A stretch of 45,991 bases of DNA. Origin: Clostridia bacterium (GTDB lineage Bacteria; Bacillota; Clostridia; UMGS1883; UMGS1540). The position numbers and the translations under genes were made by a program. The stretch is taken from positions 1 to 45,991 of the forward strand of contig JAZSIR010000010.1 in assembly GCA_045533905.1 (NCBI GenBank), in the 5' to 3' direction. Position 1 is the stretch's first letter; the number at the start of each line of letters is the position of its first letter. Below are positions 1-8,698 of the stretch, in pieces. Below the pieces are notes generated by a model. The model was not told the origin of the DNA, ran no database searches, and was given only the letters and a program-made list of their open reading frames with translations.

Positions 1-90
1 GATGAATATATACATTTTTACAACAATGAAAGAATACAACTTAAAACAAAACTGACACCGCTTGAAAAACGATGTCAGTATGTTGCTTAA
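1..90 (+). CDS. IS3-family (IS150-like) transposase OrfB, C-terminal fragment truncated by window start
   Basis: Frame 1 reads DEYIHFYNNERIQLKTKLTPLEKRCQYVA*, the typical YI.FYN.ER...K..LTP.E.R tail of IS3 integrase-core proteins; not in the ORF track. Confidence 0.8.
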   Translation, partial: DEYIHFYNNERIQLKTKLTPLEKRCQYVA

Positions 91-152
91 AATTTAATAT
101 TGTTTACCATAGGGTGCTTTTTTGTGTTGTCTGCACAAATTGGTGCAGTTCA
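1..152 (+). mobile_element. Right end of IS3/IS150-family insertion sequence (IRR ends ...TGGTGCAGTTCA)
   Basis: Reverse complement of 125-152 begins TGAACTGCACC..., typical IS150-group terminus (5'-TG...CA-3'), 62 bp after the transposase stop. Confidence 0.75.
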
Positions 153-176
153 CTTCGGGACATGCTTTTTAAAATT

Positions 177-1208
177 TTATCTTTGTACTCTTCCCGAACC
201 GTCGCCACCGGCAAGATTTTCTACATCTTTTCGTGAAACGAGGTTAAAGTCACCGGGAATTGTGTGTTTGAGAGCAGATGCTGCAACACCAAATTCAAGA
301 GCATCCTTGAAATTTTTGCCGTCTAAAAATCCGCAGATTGTTCCACCTGCAAAACTGTCACCCCCACCAACTCTGTCAACGATAGGTGAAATTCTGTATT
401 CTTTTGAATGATAGAATTCTTTTGTATCCCGCGCGTATGCACAAGCAGACCAACCATTGTCTGATGCAGAATGAGAAACTCTCAATGATGAAATTACATA
501 TTCAAAATTGAATTTTTCCACCATTTGCTCAAAAATGCTCTTGTATCCTGCAAGTTCCAATTCTCCGCTTGTTACATCTGTGTTTGCAGGTTTAAAGCCA
601 AGAACTTTTTCTGCATCTTCTTCGTTACCGATACAAACATCCACATACTTCATAAGATTTGACATGACTTTTTGTGCTTTTTCGCTTGACCACAGTTTTT
701 TTCTGAAGTTAAGGTCGCAGCTCACTCTTACGCCGTGTTCTTTCGCCTTTTTAAGCGTAGCTTCGGTAAGTTCTGCTGCCGCATCGGAAATAGCAGGAGT
801 GATTCCTGTGAAATGAAACCAGTCGCATCCTTTGAAGATTTTATCAAAATCAAAATCCTCTGCCTTTGCTGTTGAAATAGAGGAATGACTTCTATCATAC
901 ACTACATTTGATGCACGCATTGCAGAACCTGTTTCTAAGAAGTAAATCCCGAGGCGTTCTCCACCCTTTGCAATGTTTTGTGTCCCGACGTTCATTTTGC
1001 GAAGTGCCGCGACCGCACATTCACCGATGGGATTTTCGGGAACTTTTGTTACAAATTCTGCTTCGTGGCCGTAATTTGCAAGACTGACTGCAACATTCGC
1101 CTCTCCTCCACCATAACAGACATCAAACTCGTCTGACTGGATAAATTTTTCGTTGTTGGGAGTGGATAATCTCAACATAATCTCTCCCATTGTAACAATC
1201 TTTGCCAT
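177..1208 (-). CDS. kdgK: 2-keto-3-deoxygluconate kinase (PfkB family)
   Basis: MGEIMLRLS, GGGEANVAVSLA, YDRSHS, DLNFRKKLW, DRVGGGDSF and C-terminal LKHTIPGD...GRVQR motifs. Confidence 0.9.
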   Translation of the reverse strand: MAKIVTMGEIMLRLSTPNNEKFIQSDEFDVCYGGGEANVAVSLANYGHEAEFVTKVPENPIGECAVAALRKMNVGTQNIAKGGERLGIYFLETGSAMRASNVVYDRSHSSISTAKAEDFDFDKIFKGCDWFHFTGITPAISDAAAELTEATLKKAKEHGVRVSCDLNFRKKLWSSEKAQKVMSNLMKYVDVCIGNEEDAEKVLGFKPANTDVTSGELELAGYKSIFEQMVEKFNFEYVISSLRVSHSASDNGWSACAYARDTKEFYHSKEYRISPIVDRVGGGDSFAGGTICGFLDGKNFKDALEFGVAASALKHTIPGDFNLVSRKDVENLAGGDGSGRVQR

Positions 1209-1210
1209 TT

Positions 1211-1783
1211 TTAAATCTCCCTAACTAAAATATCTTTCAGTTCTCTTTTTGGAACACACAAAACACCATCTTCATCAAAATAATATTTTACGCTATCTTC
1301 CATTTTTGATGTTTTTGTACTCTGATCAGGATATCCTAATCCCAGAAAGTACAAAACGTCAAGCTCGTCTGCTATTTCTAAAATTTCTTTTATTTTTGCC
1401 CTGTCAATTGCGCCAAGCCAACAACTTCCCAGCCCTTTCTCCTCTGCAACCAATATCATACTCATAATGGCCGCGCCTGCATCACATTCCGCTTTTTCGG
1501 TCGGCTTGATGGTTGTGTCGTTCAAAACCGCAATAAACGCAGTCGGTGTCTGCTTGAATTCAGGGTTCCACGCAGGAATATATCCTGCATATTTGATGAA
1601 GGGGAAACATTTTTTCCTCACTTCCTGATTCTTTACGATTGCAAATTTTAGGGGTTGAAGATTTGCGCTATAGGGTGCGACCCTTGCGCTTTCAATAATA
1701 TCTTTCAAGTCGCCATTTTTAACTTCTTTGTCCTTGAAAATTCTTATTGTTCGCCTTGATTTTACAGAGTCCAAAACGCTCAT
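1211..1783 (-). CDS. Nitroreductase-family flavoprotein
   Basis: SRRTIRIF, APYSANLQP, GLGSCWLG, LGYPD motifs. Confidence 0.85.
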   Translation of the reverse strand: MSVLDSVKSRRTIRIFKDKEVKNGDLKDIIESARVAPYSANLQPLKFAIVKNQEVRKKCFPFIKYAGYIPAWNPEFKQTPTAFIAVLNDTTIKPTEKAECDAGAAIMSMILVAEEKGLGSCWLGAIDRAKIKEILEIADELDVLYFLGLGYPDQSTKTSKMEDSVKYYFDEDGVLCVPKRELKDILVREI

Positions 1784-1788
1784 AAAAT

Positions 1789-2430
1789 TTATCCTCTTGC
1801 CATCTTGATTTTTTCAATAAATTCTTTTGCAAGTGCCGTAATTTGCTTATAGTCACCTGTTTTTGCACCCGCAGTAAGCGATGACCCTGCGCCGACTGCA
1901 ACAGCACCGGCTTTTATCCATTGGTCAACATTGTCTACATCCACTCCGCCTGTCGGCATAAGTTTTGCCTGCGGCAACGGGCCGAGCAAATCCTTGATAA
2001 TTTTGGGTCCGTAAAGGTCGGCAGGGAAAATTTTAATTATATCAACGCCTGCTTCCATAGCAGTAATAACCTCGGTAACCGTTTCACATCCTGCCATATA
2101 AGGGACTCTGTAACGATTACAAAGTTTTGCAGTTTCTAAATTGAAGCCCGGGCTTACAATGTAGTTTGCGCCCGCAAGAATTGCAATTCTTGCAGTTTCG
2201 GAATCAAGCACAGTTCCTGCCCCCAAAAGCACAGAGCCGTCATTGTATCTTGCTGCAAGTTCCTCAATAACTTTATGCGCTCCAGGCACCGTGAAGGTAA
2301 GTTCAATAGAAGGGCATCCTCCCTCCAGACAAGCATCTGCAATTTTTATTGCTTTTTGTGCAGATTCCGCTCTTACCACTGCAACCAGCCCGACGTCGGT
2401 CATTTTTGTTAAAAGTCTTTCTTTTTCCAT
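1789..2430 (-). CDS. eda: KDPG/KHG aldolase
   Basis: VAVVRA, ELTFT, GAGTVLD, IVSPG, KIFPA, MPTGGV motifs. Confidence 0.92.
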   Translation of the reverse strand: MEKERLLTKMTDVGLVAVVRAESAQKAIKIADACLEGGCPSIELTFTVPGAHKVIEELAARYNDGSVLLGAGTVLDSETARIAILAGANYIVSPGFNLETAKLCNRYRVPYMAGCETVTEVITAMEAGVDIIKIFPADLYGPKIIKDLLGPLPQAKLMPTGGVDVDNVDQWIKAGAVAVGAGSSLTAGAKTGDYKQITALAKEFIEKIKMARG

Positions 2431-2448
2431 ATATTACACGTCCTTTTA

Positions 2449-3357
2449 TTATAGAGCTGATTGCGTATCGTTCGGATCTCCATTTATTGCAAGGTCATAT
2501 TCTTCTGTCCAGTCAAGGTTACGGTATTCTGCTGCACGGTCATCTTTTTCAATGAAGTCCATTAAAAGGTCAAGCATTTCCTTTGTCCATGTGTTTTTGT
2601 CTATCTGTGCAGTTGTGAACTTATTAAGGCTTATCATTTCAAATCCGAACAAATCCTTAACCTGCGTTTTTGCCGCACCACCCACAACTTCTGCAACAAG
2701 ATGGCTTGGTATAAACAGAACACCGCCTCCTGCACCAAAAACAACGTCTCCCGGTAACACAATTGCATTACCGATTCTTGTTGCGGTATTATACCCTGTC
2801 ATTATAAAATCACGGATTGGTGTAGGATCAATTCCTCTGTAATAAACCTGTGTATCCTCTACCTTTTTCATCTGCTCGGTGTCACGCACGCCACCCCAGA
2901 TTACTGCTCCGCCGTTTTCGTTTTTAGTCTTGTTCTTAAGTGCCGTTGTAAGGTTACCTCCGAGGAAAGTTCCCTTGTAAATCTTGTCATACATATCAAT
3001 TACCGGAACATCATATTCCATAAGATTGTCTATGACCCATTGGTTGTATGTGCCTGTTCGTCCCTCACTTCTTCCGATATCCTTTGTCACTTCGTCAAGA
3101 TCAGGTCTGAACGGGCAGTATGTAGCAGTAACGGCACGTCCGATAAGCTTTCTGCCGTCATCGTGAAGAGTGTGAAGCCTGCCCTCGAACTGACTTTCGT
3201 AGCCCTTTACAAATATAGGCTTCCATACCTCTTCCAGAGTTAGTGTTTTGAGCGCCTTAAGATACTTTTCTTCTACCTTTGGTCTTCCGTCCGGAAGTCT
3301 TTCGCCCTTCCATTGTGGTGTTAACTTTATTATTTCTTCTCTGTCGTTAAAATGCAT
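2449..3357 (-). CDS. RraA / HMG (4-hydroxy-4-methyl-2-oxoglutarate) aldolase-like protein
   Basis: LIGRAVTA, GGNLTTAL, GGVRD, VLPGDVVFG..GVLFIP; start moved to ATG 3357 (RBS AAGGGGAG). Confidence 0.78.
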   Translation of the reverse strand: MHFNDREEIIKLTPQWKGERLPDGRPKVEEKYLKALKTLTLEEVWKPIFVKGYESQFEGRLHTLHDDGRKLIGRAVTATYCPFRPDLDEVTKDIGRSEGRTGTYNQWVIDNLMEYDVPVIDMYDKIYKGTFLGGNLTTALKNKTKNENGGAVIWGGVRDTEQMKKVEDTQVYYRGIDPTPIRDFIMTGYNTATRIGNAIVLPGDVVFGAGGGVLFIPSHLVAEVVGGAAKTQVKDLFGFEMISLNKFTTAQIDKNTWTKEMLDLLMDFIEKDDRAAEYRNLDWTEEYDLAINGDPNDTQSAL

Positions 3358-3379
3358 TATTTTTCTCCCCTTCGTTTTT

Positions 3380-4108
3380 TTATAGATGCATTCCGCCATC
3401 TATAATTATTTCTGAGCCCGTTATATATCTTCCCTCTTCTGAGCATAAAAGCAACACGGCAGGAGCAACATCCTCCGGTTTCCCCACATATCCACAAGGA
3501 ATACTTCCTTCCACCATCTTTTTAAATTCAACATCGCTGAATGCTTCTTCGTTTCTCGGAGTTTCAATTGCTCCTGGGGCAACGTTGTTGATTGTCACAC
3601 CAAATGGTGCAAGCAATGGTGCAAAGTTTTCTGCCATTTTCTTTTGTGCTGCCTTTGTAACTCCGTAAAGTGACAATTCGGGATGCTGGTTATACTGATT
3701 AACACTTCCTATCGTAACGATTCGTCCCCAACCACGTTTTTTCATTCCTTCAGCATACTTTTTTATAAGCAAATAACTGCTTTTAACATTGCAATTCATT
3801 TGCATATCATACTCTTCCAAAGAAAACTCATCCCATTTTCTCTTATACTGAATAGATGCGTTCAAAACAAGGATATCTATATCACCGGTTTCCTCATACA
3901 GTCTGTCAATATCCTCTATTTTCAAAAGATTAGCTCTTACTGGGATAGAATTTGGAATTTTATTGCAAGCATTAATGCATTTTTCAATACCTTTCGCACC
4001 GGACACAAAAACCTTTGCACCTTGTTTTGAAAGAAGGCTTGCTATCTCAAAACCGATCCCTTGCGTTGAGCCTGTAACAAGTGCTGTCCTTCCTTTTAAA
4101 TCAAACAT
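3380..4108 (-). CDS. SDR-family oxidoreductase (gluconate 5-dehydrogenase-like)
   Basis: TGSTQGIG, YGVTK catalytic YxxxK, NNVAPGAIET, IDGG; start ATG 4108 with GAGGTG RBS. Confidence 0.88.
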   Translation of the reverse strand: MFDLKGRTALVTGSTQGIGFEIASLLSKQGAKVFVSGAKGIEKCINACNKIPNSIPVRANLLKIEDIDRLYEETGDIDILVLNASIQYKRKWDEFSLEEYDMQMNCNVKSSYLLIKKYAEGMKKRGWGRIVTIGSVNQYNQHPELSLYGVTKAAQKKMAENFAPLLAPFGVTINNVAPGAIETPRNEEAFSDVEFKKMVEGSIPCGYVGKPEDVAPAVLLLCSEEGRYITGSEIIIDGGMHL

Positions 4109-4796
4109 CTTTGAGCACCTCCCACACATTGTATTCTTTGTTGTGTTCCATCTCAAATCCGCAAGTAAGCTTTGAAGTATAATTTTTCGGATTTTCTGTA
4201 TTGCTTTCAAACATTCCATAGTGTGTTGGCACACCGACTTTTGGTTTAATTCTTTTTGTAAGTTGAACCGCTTCGTCAACACTCATATTTCCAAGCTTTC
4301 CATTGATGCAAATAAACATAATATCAATAGTATACTTTTTTAATTCTTCAAGCTTTACGTTATACACAGTATCGCCCGAAAAATACATAGTATTTCCGTT
4401 GTGCTTCACAATTACACCAACTGCCGGAACTGTGTGGTCGGCAAACACTGCATTTAACTCAAAATCACCGATTTTAACTTTTGTTCCCGCATCAAAGGAT
4501 TTGTAATTTATAACTCCGCACTCCAAAAGTGTCTTTTCTGCATCCTTCGGTGCTAAAAACATCATTTTTTCCTTTTTCATTAAAGGAATTGCATCAATAT
4601 CTATATGGTCAAGATGATTGTGTGTACAAATCACCGCATCGCTCTTAAGTTCATCCGGCAGAAACGGTGCTTTTACCATTCTGCCACGATTGGCAATTCT
4701 GTCAACAACATTTGATAAATATGGGTCAATGCATATTTCCGTTTTTCCATCGTTTAAAACATATCCGCTTTGCCCTATCCACTTTATTGTAAGCAT
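4101..4796 (-). CDS. MBL-fold metallo-hydrolase (UlaG-like lactonase)
   Basis: WIGQSG, IDPYLS, THNHLDHID, YFSGDT, PTHYGMF; ATG overlaps upstream TGA (TGATG). Confidence 0.85.
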   Translation of the reverse strand: MLTIKWIGQSGYVLNDGKTEICIDPYLSNVVDRIANRGRMVKAPFLPDELKSDAVICTHNHLDHIDIDAIPLMKKEKMMFLAPKDAEKTLLECGVINYKSFDAGTKVKIGDFELNAVFADHTVPAVGVIVKHNGNTMYFSGDTVYNVKLEELKKYTIDIMFICINGKLGNMSVDEAVQLTKRIKPKVGVPTHYGMFESNTENPKNYTSKLTCGFEMEHNKEYNVWEVLKDV

Positions 4797-6142
4797 CAGC
4801 TCCACTCCCTGTCATTTGCCCATTCATTATCCCACTGCGTTGTAGGTTCCCATATTCCGGGATATTTTTCGTGCATATGCTGTGCAATAAGTTCTTCATT
4901 AAGCTCGTCAATGCCAAGACCTGGTTTGTTGGGAACATTTACAAAGCCATCTTTGAATAACGGATTGTCAATACCAAACGCAAGGTCATTCCACCACGGA
5001 ATATCGACGCTATGGAATTCAACTGCCAACACATTTTGAACGGCAGCCGCTGCGTGAATTGCCGCCATACAAGCAATGGGACTTTCCGCCATATGTATTG
5101 CCATTGCAACGCCGTACTTGTCACACATATTGCCAAGTTTTTTCATTTCCATTGCTCCGCCCACCGTGAGCATATCCGGGTGAACAACAGATACTCCGCC
5201 GTTTTTCATAAGGGGTTCAAAGTTTTCAGCAAGGTATATATCTTCACCTGTACAAATAGGAACATTGCAGCTATTTGCGATTTTTACATAGTGGTCGGTA
5301 TAATGCCAAGGTGCAATATCCTCAATCCAGGCAATATTATACTTTTCAAGACGCTTTGCAAACATAATGCAGTCCTCTATGCAAATATGTCCAAAATGGT
5401 CAATTGCGAGAGGAACCTCATAACCGATAACATCTCTTACCTGTTTCACATAATCCTCAAGGTAATCCATACCTTTTTGCGTTAAATGAATACCTGTAGC
5501 ATGATGCGGGATTGTAAATACCTCATAATTTTTACCAAGCATCATATCCATATCAATCGAACCTTTTTGGTGATTGATTGCCTTCATAGAATATTTCTTT
5601 ATATCTTCTAAAAAGCCGATGGGTGCATTAAGACAACCCGGCTCGTCCAGCATAAGCTCGATGCCCAAATCCATTTTTAGGAAGGTAAAGCCCTGCTCCA
5701 TTCTTTTTTTCAAGGCATGTCCCATATCGGTTCCCGTATGCTTTCCGTCAACATCTGTATCACAGTACATTCTGACCTTATCACGGAACTTGCCGCCAAG
5801 CATCTGCCAAAGCGGAACCCCCCATGCTTTGCCTGCCAAATCCCAAAGGGCGATTTCTAAGCCTGACACACCGCCGCCCTGACGCGAATGACCGCCGAAT
5901 TGTTTGACTCTTCTGAACAATTTGTCAACATTACAGGGGTTTTCTCCGATAAGTCTTGATTTAAGCATAAGTGCATATGTTGCGCTTGATGCATCACGCA
6001 CCTCGCCATATCCAACAATTCCCTGATTCGTATAAACCTTAATAAGCGGACAATGTTTTGGTGCGCCTGTTATGTTTGCTACTCTTATATCCGTTATTTT
6101 AAGTTGTGAAGGTTCCGAACATCTGTTAACATTCATTTCCAT
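4796..6142 (-). CDS. Enolase-superfamily (mandelate racemase/MLE subgroup) sugar-acid dehydratase-like protein
   Basis: GIVGYGE, EIALWDLAGK, LGGKFRDKVR, metal ligands in IDH/WIED/TGED; strong AAGGAGG RBS. Confidence 0.88.
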   Translation of the reverse strand: MEMNVNRCSEPSQLKITDIRVANITGAPKHCPLIKVYTNQGIVGYGEVRDASSATYALMLKSRLIGENPCNVDKLFRRVKQFGGHSRQGGGVSGLEIALWDLAGKAWGVPLWQMLGGKFRDKVRMYCDTDVDGKHTGTDMGHALKKRMEQGFTFLKMDLGIELMLDEPGCLNAPIGFLEDIKKYSMKAINHQKGSIDMDMMLGKNYEVFTIPHHATGIHLTQKGMDYLEDYVKQVRDVIGYEVPLAIDHFGHICIEDCIMFAKRLEKYNIAWIEDIAPWHYTDHYVKIANSCNVPICTGEDIYLAENFEPLMKNGGVSVVHPDMLTVGGAMEMKKLGNMCDKYGVAMAIHMAESPIACMAAIHAAAAVQNVLAVEFHSVDIPWWNDLAFGIDNPLFKDGFVNVPNKPGLGIDELNEELIAQHMHEKYPGIWEPTTQWDNEWANDREWS

Positions 6143-6155
6143 TTTTTATTCCTCC

Positions 6156-6184
6156 TTGACATTCCTTATCATATATATTATAAT
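6156..6184 (+). promoter_or_regulatory. Sigma-A promoter of araC-type gene (TTGACA-17-TATAAT)
   Basis: Perfect consensus: TTGACA 6156-6161, TATAAT 6179-6184. Confidence 0.75.
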
Positions 6185-6216
6185 TTGAGTATAGCATACA
6201 AAATTATGTAATACCA

Positions 6217-6251
6217 CCACTATTTTATGATTTTTGTCCACTATTTTATGA
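6217..6251. promoter_or_regulatory. Tandem direct repeat CCACTATTTTATGA x2 (21-bp period), putative AraC-family operator
   Basis: Exact 14-bp copies at 6217-6230 and 6238-6251, between the divergent operon and araC. Confidence 0.65.
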
Positions 6252-6272
6252 AAAAGGAGGGGATTGGTCGTT

Positions 6273-7121
6273 ATGCGCCATATGGAAAACGTCTTTTTTG
6301 ACGAAAATAACAATATTATAATCCGTACTTTTCGCTCGTCTGTGAAACCTGGACGCCGTATTCTTAACGACCATCACCACACCGAGTGTGAGGTTTCTGC
6401 TTTCCTTTCAGGGTCGGGAATTTATTCCGTTCACGGACAAGAGTACTCCTTTTCTTCCGGAGATATCTTCCTTTTCGGCAGCAACGAAGCGCATTGCATA
6501 ACTGAAATTTATGAAGACCTGAATCTTTTGAACGTTCATTTTGAACCAAGAATTTTGTGGGAACGGCACGAAAATGTTGACCTTTTGAAATTGTTCTTTG
6601 AGAGGAGCAAAAACTTTTCCAACAAGTTCCCTGAAAAAGACGAAACGCTTTCCAAAACTCTTATCCGTCTTGAAAAAGAAATTGCCGAGAAAAAAATCGG
6701 CCATACGATTTTGGTAAAATGTCTTTTGTTTTCTGCGCTTGTTTATATTCTTCGTGCATATGACTGTTCGGGAGGGGAATCTTCATTTTCTAAAAATCTT
6801 TCTTTGCTGCCAAATTTGAAAGACGCCATTTTCTATATTGACCAGCATCTTGACAAAAACATCACTTTGAAGGAAATTTCGGATGTTGCTTGCATGTCGC
6901 CGACATATTTTTCTGCAGTTTTTAAAAAATTTAATGGTATCTCCCCTTGGGAATATATAACTATCAAAAGAGTGGAAGCGGCAATTGAAATGATAAAATC
7001 CACAAATATGACAAAACTGGAAATCGCAGAAAAGTGCGGATTTTCCAGTTCATCTAATTTCTATAAAGCCTTCTTTGCTGTAACAGGGAAAAAACCGGGC
7101 GATTACGCCGCCGGTTCTTAA
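6273..7121 (+). CDS. AraC-family transcriptional regulator (cupin + double HTH)
   Basis: N-terminal HHH cupin; C-terminal MSPTYFSAVFKK...IAEKCGFSSSSNFYKAF. Start could be TTG 6264. Confidence 0.92.
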   Translation: MRHMENVFFDENNNIIIRTFRSSVKPGRRILNDHHHTECEVSAFLSGSGIYSVHGQEYSFSSGDIFLFGSNEAHCITEIYEDLNLLNVHFEPRILWERHENVDLLKLFFERSKNFSNKFPEKDETLSKTLIRLEKEIAEKKIGHTILVKCLLFSALVYILRAYDCSGGESSFSKNLSLLPNLKDAIFYIDQHLDKNITLKEISDVACMSPTYFSAVFKKFNGISPWEYITIKRVEAAIEMIKSTNMTKLEIAEKCGFSSSSNFYKAFFAVTGKKPGDYAAGS

Positions 7122-7134
7122 AGACAGTAATTTT

Positions 7135-7170
7135 AAAGGGCAGAAACGATTGATTTCGTTTCTGCCCTTT
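7135..7170. terminator. Bidirectional intrinsic terminator
   Basis: AAAGGGCAGAAACGA-6nt-TCGTTTCTGCCCTTT between convergent genes. Confidence 0.8.
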
Positions 7171-7190
7171 CTCACATATCTTTTATCACT

Positions 7191-7721
7191 TTATTTTTCT
7201 TCGGCCGTCAGAATTTCAAGTAGTGCCTGATACGTTTTCTCGGGGTTTTCCCGAAATCTTCGGCAAACCTCCTGCGCCGTTTCCTTTGCCCCTACGCTCA
7301 TGCGGATATCGAGAAGCGGAAAGCCGCTCTCGCGTATTGAAAGCTCCGCCGCGTAGGAAAGCTCATTTATAGGACGGTAAGAAGCCGAAATATCAGCCGC
7401 ATTTCGCTCGCGTTTTTTGTAGGCGCGAATCGTTGTTAAAATCTTTTCGCGCACGGAAACGGGGATTTTCTTGATGTACGCCCCATACGCCTCCTCGCCG
7501 TGCTGTGTCAGGAAATAGAGACGAAGCCCTTCGTGCAGGTCAATATCCACAAGGCGCGTTTCCACAAGCTCGTCAAGATAGGCTTGCATCGTGAAATAAT
7601 CCACGAATGCATAATCCATAAAAATATCCGTAATCTGCCCGTTATCAATGGCCTCGCCATAGTTTTGTATGATATACAAAATAATGAGCTTGACCTCGCT
7701 CGGCTCTGTAAATGTATACAT
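7191..7721 (-). CDS. DUF4364-family winged-helix protein
   Basis: KLIILYI...QITD...DYF.MQ.YL.EL pattern recalled from the clostridial DUF4364 family; coupled to the upstream gene. Confidence 0.65.
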   Translation of the reverse strand: MYTFTEPSEVKLIILYIIQNYGEAIDNGQITDIFMDYAFVDYFTMQAYLDELVETRLVDIDLHEGLRLYFLTQHGEEAYGAYIKKIPVSVREKILTTIRAYKKRERNAADISASYRPINELSYAAELSIRESGFPLLDIRMSVGAKETAQEVCRRFRENPEKTYQALLEILTAEEK

Positions 7722-8698
7722 CAGCGCATACTCCTTATATCTGTGCCATAAAAATAGAGTGTGGTAAAATGCCCCAAGATGCGGGAGAGCATACGGTTTG
7801 AATACACTCTTTCAATATCCCGCAGCGAGAGATTGGTGCTGATAATCGTGCTCTTCTCTGCTAAAATGCGGCTGTTTACTACCTGAAAAATATCCGCATC
7901 GGTCATAGAATTTATAAATTCCGTGCCAAGATCGTCTATAATCAGAAGGTCCGCTTTATAGAGCTGTTCTTTGAGAATACTCTGTGCTTCATTTTCCCCT
8001 CTGCCAAAGCGGGCATCGGAAAGAATTTCCGTAATCTGCCCTGCACTCTGATACAAAACGGAAATTCCGCGCGCAAGCAGTGCATTTGCAATGGCGCTTG
8101 ACAAAAACGTTTTGCCAAGACCGGGATTGCCGTATAAAAACAAATTATCGGCGTGGTTTTCAAAATTGGCGGCAAATTCGCGGCATTCCTTCAGAATCGT
8201 GGCCATATTCCGGCGTGGTGACTCTTTCATCCCTTCTATGGGTGTGTCGGCATAGACGGAAATGTCGAATGTATCAAAGGTCTGCTTCGTGAGAAGCTTG
8301 CCCATACCGGACTCAGCCTGCAGCGCCTCCGACAAAAGAGAAAGATAGCAGGCGCAGAGCTTGCCGTCGTGCATCCCCGTATCTTTGCAGTGCGGGCATA
8401 CATACGGCACCTCAAGGTACCCTTTCGGGAAACCGGCTTCCGATAAAAGTGCATTCTTTTCTGCCACGTAGGAAGTCACTTTTTCCTGATACGCGCGGGC
8501 GACATCCTCGGGCGTACTCTCGCCATCCCAGACCGCAGACAACATCGAAAGACCGCCGCCGAAAATAGCATCATCTATCTCCCGGATACGCGGCACGGCG
8601 CGGTATACCTCCTCGCGGCGTGCACGGATGCGCGCATCGCGCTCCGTTTTTCGCATATTAAACTTTTTATTGACCTCGCGAAGGCTCTTATCATCCAT
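7721..8698 (-). CDS. DnaC/IstB-like AAA+ helicase loader with Zn-finger
   Basis: CPHCKDTG..CAC, Walker A GNPGLGKT, LLIIDDLGTE, ISTNL, SRI; start ATG 8698. Confidence 0.85.
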   Translation of the reverse strand: MDDKSLREVNKKFNMRKTERDARIRARREEVYRAVPRIREIDDAIFGGGLSMLSAVWDGESTPEDVARAYQEKVTSYVAEKNALLSEAGFPKGYLEVPYVCPHCKDTGMHDGKLCACYLSLLSEALQAESGMGKLLTKQTFDTFDISVYADTPIEGMKESPRRNMATILKECREFAANFENHADNLFLYGNPGLGKTFLSSAIANALLARGISVLYQSAGQITEILSDARFGRGENEAQSILKEQLYKADLLIIDDLGTEFINSMTDADIFQVVNSRILAEKSTIISTNLSLRDIERVYSNRMLSRILGHFTTLYFYGTDIRSMR

